64,000 bases of DNA. Origin: Glycera tridactyla. Lineage: Eukaryota. A program made the position numbers and the translations under genes. Of the stretch, positions 1 to 13,249 are shown one piece after another. The stretch is taken from assembly GCA_965644265.1 (NCBI GenBank), contig OZ286459.1:145142001-145206000 (forward strand), in the 5' to 3' direction. The notes below the pieces were generated by a model. That model had not been told where the DNA came from. It was given only the letters and a program-made list of their open reading frames with translations, and did no database searches. Within the stretch, counting starts at the first letter, position 1. Each line of letters begins with the position of its first letter.

Positions 1-338
1 GAGTCAGAAGATTGCTACATTCACTGCTTGATCATTTATTGACTGTTTGGAACTCAATTTTGTATGGCATGTGTTGCTTATGCATGAATGTTGGATGATT
101 TGTCCCCCACAGGCATCACTCACACAAATCCCAAACAGGAGATTATGGGGAACCAGATGTTTACAAATGGGAGTAGCCTCTGGTTCAGACACATCTTCCG
201 CCACATATAACAATACCATGGAAGCTGATGATGATTCAACTGAATACATAACTGGAGGATGATACACAAATTTCAAAGCTATGCCTTTTACACAAAGCAT
301 GGTACCAGAAAAAAGGGAATGCATCACTTTGGGGCATA

Positions 339-513
339 CAGTGAAACCTGTCTTAAGTGAAGTCACGGGACCAAATTTTTCTTTCACTTAAGACAGGATT
401 TTGCTTAGCGCAGGACAATTATAGTGAGAAAAAAACATCCGGGCAGACCGTGGGGTATGTGCTTAAGACAGGATTTTGCCTAGCGCAGGTTTACTCTCGA
501 GCAGGTTTCACTG
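339..513. mobile_element. Tc1/mariner-type (pogo/Tigger-like) MITE, CAGTGAAACC family
   Basis: TA|CAGTGAAACCTG ... CAGGTTTCACTG|TA terminal inverted repeats with TA duplication; close paralogs at 12628-12805 and 56354-56470. Confidence 0.85.
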
Positions 514-824
514 TATATATAACCAGGAATTTCACTGATGAACTGTAAACCTCAAGCCAGCATTACGATAATCTCAAGCATATGATGAAAATATAACATA
601 ACTAGAATTTTAGTGAGGCACCTCCTCACTCAATATGTCTCCCCCAGACTTTGTAATTATTCACTACCCGCATACATGCCTGGGTTCACCTGCTTGCTTA
701 TTCATCTTCAAGTGAGCATGCTCCCTGAAAAGCTAGACATTATTGGTTGACAACAATCCTTTGAGTGACCAATGATGTAGTATACCTAGTCATGAGTACG
801 ATTTGTCCTCGAGAATATGCCTAA

Positions 825-1441
825 CAGTGTGTAAAATTAACTCATTTCATTCACTGGCCCGTCGGGCCAGTGAATTGGTGGGATTCACTGGCCCGCACCT
901 GATTTCACCGGCCCGCAAATTTTTCGCGATACGAAATCCCCCATGTATTCACGCAACGCGAGATGTGAACGAGATCTGTCTTGGTTTTTAGCATGATCGC
1001 CATTTGCATCAATTTATCCGGCCAAAATATATATTAAATAACCGATATTAATGTGAAATACGTGCGCAGCGTGAAAGATTAATGTCTTTACTGCTCGAAA
1101 TATCGTATGAAACTCACCGATGGCCATTATTTTGATGTATTTATGTCGATTCTTCTGATGATAGTTTCTCCATTGAGAAACGCTTTCATGCAGACGAAAT
1201 CTCGTCCAGACGTGACTGGTGGCGAGAAATAAACATCCAAGATGGATGCCGTGGTTTTCCCCAGAAATCATTGACATTTTCGTCGTTTCTCACATGATTG
1301 TTCGATAAAATGAAGGTTTCCGGGTATTTATCGCGATTTTTTTTCACCGGCCCGGCGGAACGATGATTCAGGAACGTTCACCGGCCCGCTCGAAGATTCA
1401 CCGGCCTCTGGCCGCCAGGCCGGTGTTAATTTTACACGCTG
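825..1441. mobile_element. hAT-like MITE with 5-bp TSD
   Basis: 17-bp TIR CAGTGTGTAAAATTAAC / GTTAATTTTACACGCTG (1 mismatch); CCTAA on both flanks; multiple subterminal TCAC(T/C)GGCCC repeats at both ends. Confidence 0.85.
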
Positions 1442-2334
1442 CCTAAGCATCAGAGAAGTTAAGTTGAATTTGGGTCAGGGGTTTGAGTGGAATCTTGCTG
1501 ACAAGAGAAGCTCTTGATCAGGTCTTGATCAGTGACCCAGGAAACTAGAACAATTCACCATGTGAGATTTGTCTAAATTCTCAAATTCTTAAAATAGCTC
1601 CTGGGACCCTGACCTTTGACCTTTTGGCACCATACCAATGTATCACCACCAGCCTGTAGATGCACACTGAGATGGCAACCTCAAAATCTTGCCATAGCCT
1701 GGGAATGTCTGTACACCAAGTTTGTCAAAGCCACCCCAGTAATTTATGAAGTGATTGTCCAGAAACTCTTTCGACCTTTTTTCCATTTAGTGACCTTGAA
1801 TTTGAAGCTGGCCACTGAAAAATTGATGGTTGTGTTGCCATAGTCTATGAGAGGCTGTACACCAAGTTTGAGAAGGCTACCCCGAAATTTCATGAAGTTA
1901 TTGTCCGGAAACCATTTTGCACTCAGTGACCATGAAATTCAAGATGTAAATCCATAGTCTAGGAAAGGAGGTATACAAAATTTGAGACTGCTAGCCCTGA
2001 AATTCATGAAGTTATTGTCCGGAAACCATCATTTCTTTCACCCACCCAGGGGGGGAGGGGGGGGGGGCAGCCATAACTCTCAAATTGCTAACAGCAATTG
2101 GATACCAATATCACAAGTATGGTAGCCTTGGGGTATTCACACACAGCAACATGGAGCATGTACATGCGCACACACACACACACACCCTAGTGAACCAACA
2201 CGGGGGGGGGGGGGGGGGGGGGGGCGAGGGTGGAGGGGTATGACTGTCAAATTACTAACAGCAATTATATACCAATATGCCAAGTATAAAAGCCATTGGA
2301 TATTCACAGGTAGCAACAAAGAGCACACACATGT

Positions 2335-2335
<1 letters not shown>

Positions 2336-2376
<41 letters not shown>
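2336..2376. repeat. (CA)n microsatellite
   Basis: Pure CA run. Confidence 0.95.
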
Positions 2377-2380
<4 letters not shown>

Positions 2381-3057
2381 CATTAATGGAGAGGCAACAG
2401 AAGTAGTTCATTTCAGGAAGGTCACAATAGAGACTGAGTTTAATCAAGGTTGGTACCTCTTTGGTGAAATTTTGGTGAAATTTGGGCCCCTGGTGATCCT
2501 GAAAATTATGTCACATGGACCAAAATCTAATCAGTTCATTGGACTATCCGAAGGGATATGCCCTCCAAATTTCATCCAATTCGGATGAGTAGTTTTGCTG
2601 CAATCGTGCTCACAAGGTTTTGTGACAGACAGGCGGACAGACAGACGGACAGACGGACAATACGAATTCTATATGTCTCCCCCATCAGGGGGGAGACATA
2701 ATTATTCCAACATCTAGCAAGATCAGTCCATATTATGGTATAGACATGTGACAGAACTAACCTATGTATAGAAATGTTGGCATAGCAACTGTCATGCAGT
2801 GATATTCAGATATAACTGATGGGAATGTGAAATTACCCTGTCACCTGGCTGAATGGCAAGTGAGAGGGTATGGATCCTGGTGATATATATAGTTGGCATT
2901 TGGAATGGGTATTCTGTGATGTATCAAGATCACTGACTGGACCTTTGTGACACTCCCTATTATCCTTACCCAGCACCACAGGGCAGGTGCAAATTGTGAA
3001 ATAGGTTTGCATCATAAAGCCTGTGATGCAATTATCTCAATGATGACCTCACATTTA

Positions 3058-3258
3058 CAGTCAAACCTGTGTTCAGCAACCACCCTTGGGACAGTGAAAA
3101 GTGGTTGCTTAAGAGAGGTGGTTGTCTGATACTGTACAGGCATGTATCTCTATGTGTACAGTTTAATTATAGAGAAATACTCTGGAGGGATTTTCAAAAG
3201 TGGTTGCTTAAGGCAGGTGGTTGCTTAATACAGGTGCCCTTTATAGCAGGTTCAACTG
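3058..3258. mobile_element. Tc1/mariner-type MITE (CAGTCAAACC subfamily)
   Basis: TA|CAGTCAAACCTG ... CAGGTTCAACTG|TA. Confidence 0.8.
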
Positions 3259-4096
3259 TATATATCTCTTGAACTGCCAAAGCATAGATTTTCCACTTTT
3301 AAATATACATATTGAACTATACAGTTCCTCTATAGGGAGCCAAATCCACATGAGAGTGAGATAAATCTGATGAATCACAAAGAAGATAAGCTCATTGAGC
3401 CCTGTGCACTCTTGAAACCATTCATAGCAGGCCCCTCATGGGATACCACTGAGCTCAAAAGCACTGCAATTCATGAAGAAGTTAACCCCATGCATGAATG
3501 TACAAGAGGGGGTGAAGGGGGAATCACTCACTAGAAATATTTGCCTGGATTCACTCCCATGGACATTCATTATGAAGACTGCATTGCTCACAGACACCGT
3601 TTCTTTCATTTAGGCAGCATCAGATATGGCCTTTGTAGCGGACATTTGGAAGGTATCAGCAGCCGGCACTGTCAAATTGTACGCAGGAGAGAGCAGTCAA
3701 TGAAATGTTGGTTTGACGTTTGGGCACACAGGCAGTCAAATGTTTGACACAGTCAAATGCTCCCAAAAGCTTTTCTCCGCATTCATTTAACAAAAAGGCA
3801 TGAATTGTCACAAACTGCGGGCGTTTGGGCTCATGACAATATGCATATTTTGATGTGGATATTTCACTTCCTTGTAGCAGACATGAGAAAATTCCACATG
3901 CCAGATGTGGCATCCTTCTGCACCTCATCTAACTTGATACCGATTATACACTACAACCGTAGAAAGCGACAGCATTGTAACCCTCGTTTTGAGCAAGCAT
4001 GGATCATGCGAAAAAGACATGGACTGTTGATTCTTCATCATCCACCCATCAACCACCCCAACTGACCACCCGACAACCCAACTAACTAAACAGCGT

Positions 4097-4130
4097 CACC
4101 ACCACCACCACCACCACCACCACCACCACC
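4097..4130. repeat. (CAC)n microsatellite
   Basis: Pure CAC run. Confidence 0.95.
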
Positions 4131-4239
4131 AGTCAGATTTTGGACGCATACTGTTGTGTCATGACACCGACTGTTGCCATAATGTCTGTGACCTGTACCA
4201 AACACATTGCTGACCTTCCCTATCAAAAGTCCACGTCAA

Positions 4240-4510
4240 CTCAGCCCGACTATCTGAGAATGTCCACGACCAACACAAACACCATCAGTCGCAGACATTC
4301 ACCGACATTACCTTTCAGAATTTTGCATCCAATAATGTAAAAGGCTGCGACTGTCCCCCACCACTGTGCTCAACATTTTCAGTCACAGACATTTCCCGAC
4401 ATCCCCTGTTAAACTTTTGAGTCAAATAAAGCCAAATGGGGATGACTGTCCCTGACTGCTGCGCACAATGCCATCAGTCACACCCATTCCCCCATATTCC
4501 CATCAGAATT
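4240..4510. repeat. Degenerate tandem repeat, ~92-94 bp unit, ~3 copies
   Basis: CAGTC(G/A)CAGACATT..CCGACAT-like motif recurring at ~4288, ~4380 and ~4474. Confidence 0.5.
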
Positions 4511-5298
4511 TCATTCAAATGAAGCCAACTTTGAAGAAATTACACTGAAATTGGACATTTCATTTTCAGACTATTGCCATATTTCCAAATCCTATCTATA
4601 AATTCTGTACACTGAAATTTGCTGCCGGAATGATCATCATAGATGATGGAGAAGAGTACAGCCTGTGATAATGTATCAAGCCTGAGAATTAATGGATCTT
4701 CAACATATGATCCTCACATGGCGAGAGAGATGCTAGTGAATGGTTCTACTCAGAGGAAGATGAATGGAAAGGCTGGGAGAATCACTATCTGTCTTTCACC
4801 CTTGATGGAACATCTTCCATTGATGGACCCCCTGCCGTGTATCTTGCTTCATCTTCCATTGACCTCTAACAAATATCGATCAGACACAATATTCTCCATG
4901 AAAATTCTCAAAAGGGGAAGAAAGAGTTCCATGCTATCATTTTATCATTGTTTTCCATGGAACACTATCATAATTGATGTGATTTTCTGCATGTTCATGG
5001 GATAATGTCACGATACATTCCATACATCACTCACAGGGATGGATGTTTTACAATACAGGATGGAGTATGTCATCTATTCTACATTCATGAAAGCTATATG
5101 CACCATCCCTGCAAGCATCACTCACATAAAACCTGAACATCAGATGATGGAAAGCCAAAGAGGCTGCCATGTAGAAGTAGCCAATAGTTCGTGAAACTGC
5201 TGAATGATGGTACAAATTGTATATTCAACAATCCCATGGGCTGGCTGGTTGACTCTCAAACCTGATAACGATGCTTTTGATTTGTGCAATGAGCAATA

Positions 5299-5468
5299 CA
5301 GTGGAACCTGCAACAAGAGCCTAACTCAAAAAAGGTGGCATCTCATCAGAGGTAAATTTGATTATCTCAAATAGAAACACTGCCATGAAAAACTGGTCTG
5401 CCGTTGCACGTAATCTCTTGTCAGAGGTGGCCATTTATCATAGAGGTCTCTCGCTGCAGGTTTCACTG
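5299..5468. mobile_element. Tc1/mariner-type MITE
   Basis: TA|CAGTGGAACCTGCA ... TGCAGGTTTCACTG|TA. Confidence 0.8.
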
Positions 5469-5639
5469 TACTCAAAGCAAGAAAATCCATCAGGTTCAGG
5501 AATAAGAATCAATTTATGATGATGAACTATCACAATCAAACTGGCGTTACAACAATGTGTGCCATATGTTATAATTGTAAAGCTGGTTTGAAGCTGGCAG
5601 TTTGTGATTGAACACATTGGTTGAGTATTCTCCGAATGG

Positions 5640-5935
5640 AATGCTTTTCCTTGTTTCAAGTGCTATCAGGCTTGAGTGTCAGCTCCAAGCAAGTTTAGAT
5701 AGGCCATCATGCAATCCTAATTGTTCAGTTTGTGTAGATAGAGGTGTTTCTAAACTGTCAGATATTTCCACTCGGCAACTTTTCAGGCTCCTCATCATCT
5801 TGTGTTCAGGATTTGTGTAAGTGATGCCTGCAGGAGACAGAACATCTAGATTTCATTGACCAGGGGCACAAGGCACACATAATCGTCTGGGTAGATACAT
5901 GCAGGTTAAACCTCAAATAACCAGACAAACAAATC
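5640..5935 (+). mobile_element. SINE-like interspersed repeat (family S), 3' part with (AAAC)-like tail
   Basis: Shares GCTATCAGGCTTGAG, AACTGTCAG, CATCATCTTGTGT(T/C)CAG and TTAAACCTCAAA with copies at 29355-29880, 51566-52640 and 58385-58570. Confidence 0.6.
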
Positions 5936-6997
5936 AGACTTCCTGGTGAACCTAATAAGTGAGTATGTGTGACTATTCAGATGGCCTGATGACCAGTTGC
6001 CTAACAGGAGTAGATGTTCAGATGTTTTAAATCAGTCATATCATTAAACCAAATGAGCAAGTTGGTGGGAGGTTGCCGAAAGCCATCAGTTTACTTGCAG
6101 GTGGGGCATGTCAGTGCTAATTATTGTATTCATACACCCTACAGAACACTGTTTCACCGTGCAAGTTTGCTCAGAAAAATTGCTGACATACCAATTATCT
6201 GTGGTAAAACAGTTCGTCCACATCGGAAATGCTAGGTTGAGCAATTATGCTGTATATACTGAGGAATAAAAATAAAGTTTTCATATCACATCAGTAACGA
6301 GAATGCATGGAGATTGAGAGGAATGAATAATAACCCACATGTTGGCCCTGACATCTAATCTCACATGGTGCTAATCAAGCAAAGATGAGTGAACTATTTT
6401 GTACGAGCGATGATGCTATTTGAAGAAGCTTCGTTGTTTGGTAACCAGCAGCAAAAATAAGATGACCAGGGGATTGAAATTCTTCAATTTTCCCATTTGC
6501 TCAATTTCCATGATAGGTGGAATTGTTGCGACACACCGGACTGGAAACAGGTACCACGATGATCATTCACATTGATAACATGTTCATGACAGCGCTCCGA
6601 CAGAGACAATTTCGCAAAGAACAAAGTCGATGATGTTTGCGAGAATCCGCAAGCAAATTCTCGAAAAATGAAGATCTTCAAATCCTTTCTAAAACATGAA
6701 AGCCACTTTGAGATCAATCAAGTCCTGCAGGAATGACAAGCCATCCCAAGAGGAGCGTCAATACCAGTTTAAAAGTGTGTTGTGATTAAAATCAATATCA
6801 CCATGACAACAGTGATGATCACACCGATCACCCGAGGGAGAAAATGTAAATGATGCTAATGGGATGTAATTGTGTTATTAATCTAGCAGGATGAGCATGC
6901 TGGTATTGGAACTTTCCAACTTCATCCAACACGGGTCATGAAAAAAACAACCTCCAAGTCAGCGAAGAAATCTCCAGCAGTCCCTTTTCTGGAAGTA

Positions 6998-7184
6998 CAG
7001 TGAAACCTGTGACAAGAGATCATCCAAATGTTCCCAGCATACAGTCTTTCGAAAGAGGTGGTCTCTCTTCAGCGATATATCAAATAGAAATGCTACCCCT
7101 CAAAATTTGCCTCCAATCAGAGGAGGTCTCTATTCGGGAGTTGCTCAAACCACTTTTCACTATATTGATTGTCTCTGTATACTG
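6998..7184. mobile_element. Degenerate Tc1/mariner-type MITE
   Basis: Left end TA|CAGTGAAACCTGTGACAAGAGA and AGAGGTGGTCTCT internal motif; right end decayed. Confidence 0.55.
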
Positions 7185-8889
7185 TAATACCAAAAAATAG
7201 ATGTACCCAGAGTACATGTTGACCCCATGATTCTACCTTGAAATGTCAGGATTGAGTTGAATATTCAGCATCGAAGGTCTTTTTCCATCATATAGTATAG
7301 TTGTTCACAAGTGCCCACAAAACCACTAACATATATGAATCCATGGAACAATCATATCTCTGAATTCAATATCAGAGAGAAAGTAGTGTGAAATAAACTT
7401 TCAATGCTAGTGCTATAATTTTTTTCACTGCTCAGGCTGACAATGTTTTTCACAGTGACTAAAAAAGACCATAGGAGTGAAAAGATGGCAATGCCTTTTT
7501 TTCTGTTCATCCTTATATACAAATCGTGAATCAAGGATGACACCACACCTATCCAGCACAATGACCACATCAGCAGAACCAGCAGAGTTGGGCAGGTCAT
7601 CAGTGAAATACCAGGTCGGGGTTTTGTGCACTTTAGATCTCAGACCCCTGAAGAAGGGAGACCTGGCGGCCCAGCCAAGATTGATGAAATCTTGACTCCT
7701 GGCCAACTTCAGCCACAGTTCCTCAAGGACAGCCAGTGGATCCATGCGGATACACGGCCCCTCTTTTCTCAAGTTCATTTTTATATACTTCACACATTGG
7801 AGGCATGCTTGGCTTCTGTATTTATCCACCCCCAATCTGATATCACATTTAGCATCCTTGAATTTGCACACATAGACAGTTGCTGCAAGGTCAGGTCAAA
7901 TCTGTAAGTAGCAGGTGCTGCAAAAGAGATGCAATTTATTTGGTTGTTTCGCCAGGGTCTGATGCCAGCAGTCTCCAAGTTCAAAACGTGCCATTTGTAC
8001 CCTGGATTTCATGCTGGAAAGGGTTCATGACAAAATGCTTTGAGCCATTTCAATGAAAAAGATGATGCTGGTACTTAAAGGAACTTTTTCAATAATCATT
8101 CAACTAAAACTATGGACTTCATCCAGGGTTTAGACATTAGTTTCATCGATATACTCAACGAATAAAGTTCACAATTGGTATCCTCAACTTTCAATTAGCA
8201 ATCATTGTCTGAAGTGGTTCGAGACTATTCTCTGGATGGCAGATTTTCTTCAAATATTGATGACAATGGTCACAAATCAGTAGAGTTAGACCACAGAGAT
8301 ATCTCTATGAGTTAGACTGGATATACACACACGGCAGTTTCAAAATTGAGGCCAGCATATATCAATCAGCTTTGAAGCTCGCAAAGAAATCAGGAATGAA
8401 ATCAGTGTTATCAGAGAAAATCTGAAATGAAATCAGTGTAACCAAAGAAAATCTGGAATGAAATAAGTGTCACCAGCGAAATCTGAACAGACTAATGAGG
8501 ATTTCCTCTATGGAATCTTTGTCTGCAGCAAACTATTATTATATAGACGATGGAATAAGCAGTATCATCCCTCAAGTATCCTTCTATTACTACACATTGT
8601 CAACTGAACTTCCCTGAATACATTGTAGTCTCTATCGTCTATCCCATGCTACAGTATAGCTTTCACAATCCCCTTCACTACACCATATTTCCTGATCTCC
8701 CCTTGCCGTACTACAGTTCTCATATAACCAGAGATTGTTGTAGGGTCTTTGATTGAACTCACTATGCTATATCACTATTTTTCCCGTAACTTCTCTTGAT
8801 GCTCTAGTTTACACTCACCTCTTTTCACCACTATTCCAGTTTCTTATGACAACCAAGCTCTACTCTACAGTTTCCACTGACCTCCACTG

Positions 8890-9775
8890 ACCTCTTTTCA
8901 CCACTATTCCAGTTTCTTATGACCACCAGTCCCTACTTTACAGTTTCTACTGACAACTTCTCTCTACTCCAGTTTCTGATGACCATCAGTCCCTACTTTA
9001 CAGTTTCTACTGACAACTTCTCTCTACTCCAGTTTCTGATGACCACCAGTCCCTACTTTACAGTTTCTACTGACAACTTCTCTCTACTCCAGTTTCTGAT
9101 GACCACCAGTCCCTACTTTACAGTTTCTACTGACAACTTCTCTCTACTCCAGTTTCTGATGACCACCAGTCCCTACTTTACAGTTTCTACTGACAACTTC
9201 TCTCTACTCCAGTTTCTGATGACCACCAGTCCCTACTTTACAGTTTCTACTGACAACTTCTCTCTACTCCAGTTTCTGATGACCACCAGTCCCTACTTTA
9301 CAGTTTCTACTGACAACTTCTCTCTACTCCAGTTTCTGATGACCACCAGTCCCTACTTTACAGTTTCTACTGACAACTTCTCTCTACTCCAGTTTCTGAT
9401 GACCACCAGTCCCTACTTTACAGTTTCTACTGACAACTTCTCTCTACTCCAGTTTCTTATGACCACCAGTCCCTACTTTACAGTTTCTACTGACAACTTC
9501 TCTCTACTCCAGTTTCTTATGACCACCAGTCCCTACTTTACAGTTTCTACTGACAACTTCTCTCTACTCCAGTTTCTTATGACCACCAGTCCCTACTTTA
9601 CAGTTTCTACTGACAACTTCTCTCCACTCCAGTTTCTGATGACCACCAGTCCCTACTTTACAGTTTCTACTGACAACTTCTCTCCACTCCAGTTTCTTAT
9701 GACCACCAGTCCCTACTTTACAGTTTCTACTGACAACTTCTCTCTACTCCAGTTTCTGATGACCAACCATTTATA
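8890..9775. repeat. 60-bp minisatellite, ~14 near-identical copies
   Basis: Unit TTTACAGTTTCTACTGACAACTTCTCTCTACTCCAGTTTCT(G/T)ATGACCACCAGTCCCTAC repeats in exact 60-bp register; degenerate units on both flanks. Confidence 0.97.
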
Positions 9776-10853
9776 GTTTCTCCTGATCTCCACTCACTAC
9801 ATATAATATAAGATATAAGATATAAGAATCTTTCATTGCTCAAGATACATATGTACATACATATTTACACGGGACCCAATATGGGTCGTTTTATGTGCTC
9901 AAGCAAACATATACAACTCTGACATGAAAAGATAGTAACATCAACGGCTAAGACAAGATTTGATATGTTTGTTTGGGAAATGATTCACATGGTATCATCA
10001 TTACATGAGCAACGCATAACAAAATATCATATACAGATCTCCAACTGACACAAACATCCATTTCGAAGGACCACCTATCACTACTCTACACTTCACCCTG
10101 TCCTCCCCTCATGACACCAATTTTCTAATGACCAGCTGGTATTACTCCCAAAATATCACACAACTCATGTGGAGATGCAAGGGTTTCAATCATAATGGGT
10201 GATAGCCATTCAAATCATGTCATCTCAATACTCAATTGGCAACATTTGCAACAAATATCCATTTGGCTGATAGCAAAGCACACATTCCTATCATCCATCA
10301 TTTTTTCCTCATCAATGCAAACAACTGCATGTAGTCAGAATAATAAAACAATGCCCTGCTCCAAGCACCAGGTCACAATACATTAGATGCCTCACCACAG
10401 GAACATCCCTCCCCTATAAATAGTGCCATGCTTCCCCAAGGAAGTTAACATCATTTTGGATCAATAGATCCATCTCCCCAACAAATTGAACATCATTTTG
10501 GATCACTAGATCTGTCTCAAATATTTTGGTGGAATAATGCTGCTGGTTAAGACAGAATGCATACTACATTAGGATTCTTGTCAGGGAGAATGGGGGTGGT
10601 CAACAATTCACTTAGGAGCTGATCCAATGGAGTGTTTGTTGGCCAATTCTACGAACCGATGTTGTTCACACATAATCAAATTATATGGCTCTATTTCAAG
10701 GAAAAACTTGGAAGAAAGTGCGTGGGCTCAGTGGTCAATACAACTTATTCTCACTCTTCAGGCTAATGAAACATCCTCTTTCATGCGAATAAAGAAAAAT
10801 GAAATTCAGAGTCTTGTACCACACTAAAACTCACCAAGCTGGGCTCTACCTAA

Positions 10854-11525
10854 TGGTGCCTTTACACCAACGCGGTCGGGAGCCGTATTCGTGACGAATT
10901 CCTCTGCAATCATCTGCGGCAGATTGGCGACGGACTTTCAAGTAAAATCGGCTCAGTGTACAAACGATAGCCATGGTTGGGGGACGGGGAACCTCAGCAT
11001 CTAACACTGGCTCTACTACAACCACCCCCACCCCCATCCCCTCCACCACCATCACTCCCACTCTGTATGAAAACTTTGTCTGTCTGTCTGTCTCTCATCC
11101 TCATGCAATATGCGCCAGTCTGTCTCGGAACCGTGTGCCATATGCCTCATTCTGTGTCAGACTGTGGCAAATATGTGTCCAATCTGCCTCTATCTGCCTC
11201 ATTCTGTGTCATTACGTGTCTAATCCTGCTTCAAACCTTGTGAAAACTATAATGAAACTGCCGCAGATTCATCGCAGAAAGAGGCATACTGCGGCCGGTC
11301 TGACGCAGATTCGTCACGGCTGGGAGACAGAAGACTTTTCCGTGTCTCAGATTTTAACACCTTCTAAAATCTTAGAACCGATAAATTTGCCACTCAAGGT
11401 CTGACACAGACTGACACAGACTGACAGAGTCTGACGCAGATGGCAGACGACTTCACCGCCGGTCCGAGGCCGCACGCTAATCGGGCGCCGACCGCGTTTG
11501 AAATCGCGTAAGTGTAAAGGCAGCA
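10854..11525. mobile_element. PIF/Harbinger-like MITE
   Basis: TAA|TGGTGCCTTTACAC ... GTGTAAAGGCAGCA|TAA: 14-bp TIR (1 mismatch) with TAA TSD; internal CTGACACAGA 10-bp repeats. Confidence 0.85.
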
Positions 11526-11799
11526 TAAGATGGAAAACATTCATGCATATGATTTTAGCAGAATGGAAATAACTTTAGCAATTTACCTTGAAATTGTGGA
11601 AATAAGCTTGTAATCCACTGGCGAGTACAAGCTATAAAGTTTAAAAACTTTCCTATACTTTTAAATGAAATACTGATATACTAGTATGTTCCATATGGCA
11701 ATAAAGTGAGTCCTTGACTTGTTCAGAGGTGAGATTGGATAGTTTCATTACAAATGGAGAAAGTTTTCCAACTTATCTTTGACATTTTTGATTCAGCAC

Positions 11800-12500
11800 A
11801 TTCAAAATCTGGTTGCTCACAGACACATTTGTTCCAATATTTTGAACCTCAGTATTGGAACATTCCTTCTGCTTGCTTTCTCACCAAATAATATTGCGAG
11901 AAAATGGTCTATCTAGAGATCTGGTTTAGTAAGTATGCTCAGTGCAGGCGATTGCATGCTCAGTGCAGGCGATCGCATATTCACACAATGGTTCATTGGG
12001 TGTAAATGGCCCCATGAGGATTTTATCCACATGTACTAGAGTGTGATATTGTCTACAACAATCCAAGTATGGCATCTTCAAACTTTCATGTAGAAACAAC
12101 GTTGCACGAGTTCTTGGTTCACAACTTTCAATTATGTGAAAAGCTTTGTTCTGCACTGTCTGAAATTTTGTCGAATCTGCCACACTTATATTTTCATAGA
12201 CAATATCACAATAATCAAATATTGGGAGGATGAGAGCCTTGCACAGCATCAGCAACATACTTCTACTAAGTATGCCCCTGTGTCTGCCCTGGATCCCAAC
12301 CCTTCCCAGTGTTCTGGATCTAATATAATCTGCATGAGCAGGAAAACTAAGTATGACCATCTAAAATAATAGTACCTCAGTACTGGAATGTATCCACATG
12401 TTCCATCGGTGTGTTGTTGAATGTACTATCCAGGTTACATCTTTGGATGGATCTTGACTGGTAATATGTTGCCTAGCATTTGTGCCAAATCTGACATTGT
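11800..12500 (-). pseudogene. Degraded L2/CR1-group LINE, C-terminal part of reverse-transcriptase ORF2
   Basis: Translation includes EHVDTFQY*GTIILDGHLSFPAHADYI, CKALILPIFDYCDIVY, FQTVQNKAFHII, LHESLKMPYL and a frameshifted GRRMFQY*GSKYWN; these match the post-RT motifs of L2/CR1 ORF2. Confidence 0.85.
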
Positions 12501-12627
12501 CTAAGGGAGCAGAATTCAAAGTGTAGACGCAGAACCTGTGATGATTGATCCAAGACCACATCAATTCTTCAGGTGATGTTCTGTCACTGATTTCCTCATA
12601 ATGTTTGAAGTCTTTTGAAAAGAAATA

Positions 12628-12805
12628 CAGTAAAACCTCTCTTAAGTGAAATGTCACGGGACCAAATTTTTCTCCCACTTAGGACAGAATTTTGCTCAGC
12701 GCAGGACAAATATAGTGAGAAAAAAAACATCCGAGCAGACCATGGGGTAGGTGCTTAAGACAGGATTTCCCCTAGCGAGGGTTTACACTCAGGCAGGTTT
12801 TACTA
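12628..12805. mobile_element. Tc1/mariner-type MITE, paralog of 339-513
   Basis: TA|CAGTAAAACCT start; near-identical internal GTCACGGGACCAAATTTTT...CTTAAGACAGGATTT. Confidence 0.85.
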
Positions 12806-13249
12806 CATAGAGTTCTCCAAGTCCACTCTTGATCTTGTCCAACTTGTGGCAGTTCACCAAGTAGGTAATTTGGGTACTATGATCTTATCCTGAGGTTCTC
12901 ATCTGCAACTGGATCTAGAATGCAGGTTCTCCCAGACTTGAGCATGGCCTGTAGTACAAACCTAGCGGTCTAGCAGTTAAGAACTCAATTAGAATCCCGG
13001 GAGAGAAGACCTGTCAGTATTCATGAAGTATGCATAAATTTCACACCTTCATATGAAAGCTGATTACCTGAGTGGTGTTAACTCGGGCCATCTGATGGTC
13101 TATGGATAATTACCTCCTGATGAATGTCATGTTTGTGGAAGCCATGCATGATACATTCCCTGATGTTTAGGTCCCCTTTGTGGCTTCCCAGAACTCCTGC
13201 ATTCGAGGAGGAACAACCTTTCCGTGACAACCAGAGACACATGAAATCA

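Larger units (their letters stand above)
600..2702 (+). mobile_element. Non-autonomous Helentron-type element (HINE/pearl-like) with nested insertions
   Basis: AACTAG head, short 5' hairpin (GTGAGG..CCTCAC), subterminal ATATGTCTCCCCC at 633-645; 3' (GACA/GACG)n at ~2626-2659 then palindrome TATGTCTCCCCC-ATCAG-GGGGGAGACATA at 2672-2700; internal TGACCTTGA/ACCAAGTTT core repeats at ~1590-2040. Confidence 0.7.

Noticed and set aside
4630-5250. Protein-like reading with scattered TGA/TAA stops, suggesting a decayed ORF
   Set aside because: No recognisable domain; cannot be distinguished from chance without a homology search
7425-7895. 148-aa minus-strand ORF (open ~156 codons), the longest non-repetitive ORF, with faint RT-like (LGWAARSPFF, YFTDD) or exonuclease-like (nearby VLNLETAG) words
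   Set aside because: Motif spacing does not fit either family convincingly, and the upstream frame has stops at roughly random frequency. A rough estimate for AT-rich DNA makes one ORF of this length in 64 kb plausible by chance. An HMM search would decide.
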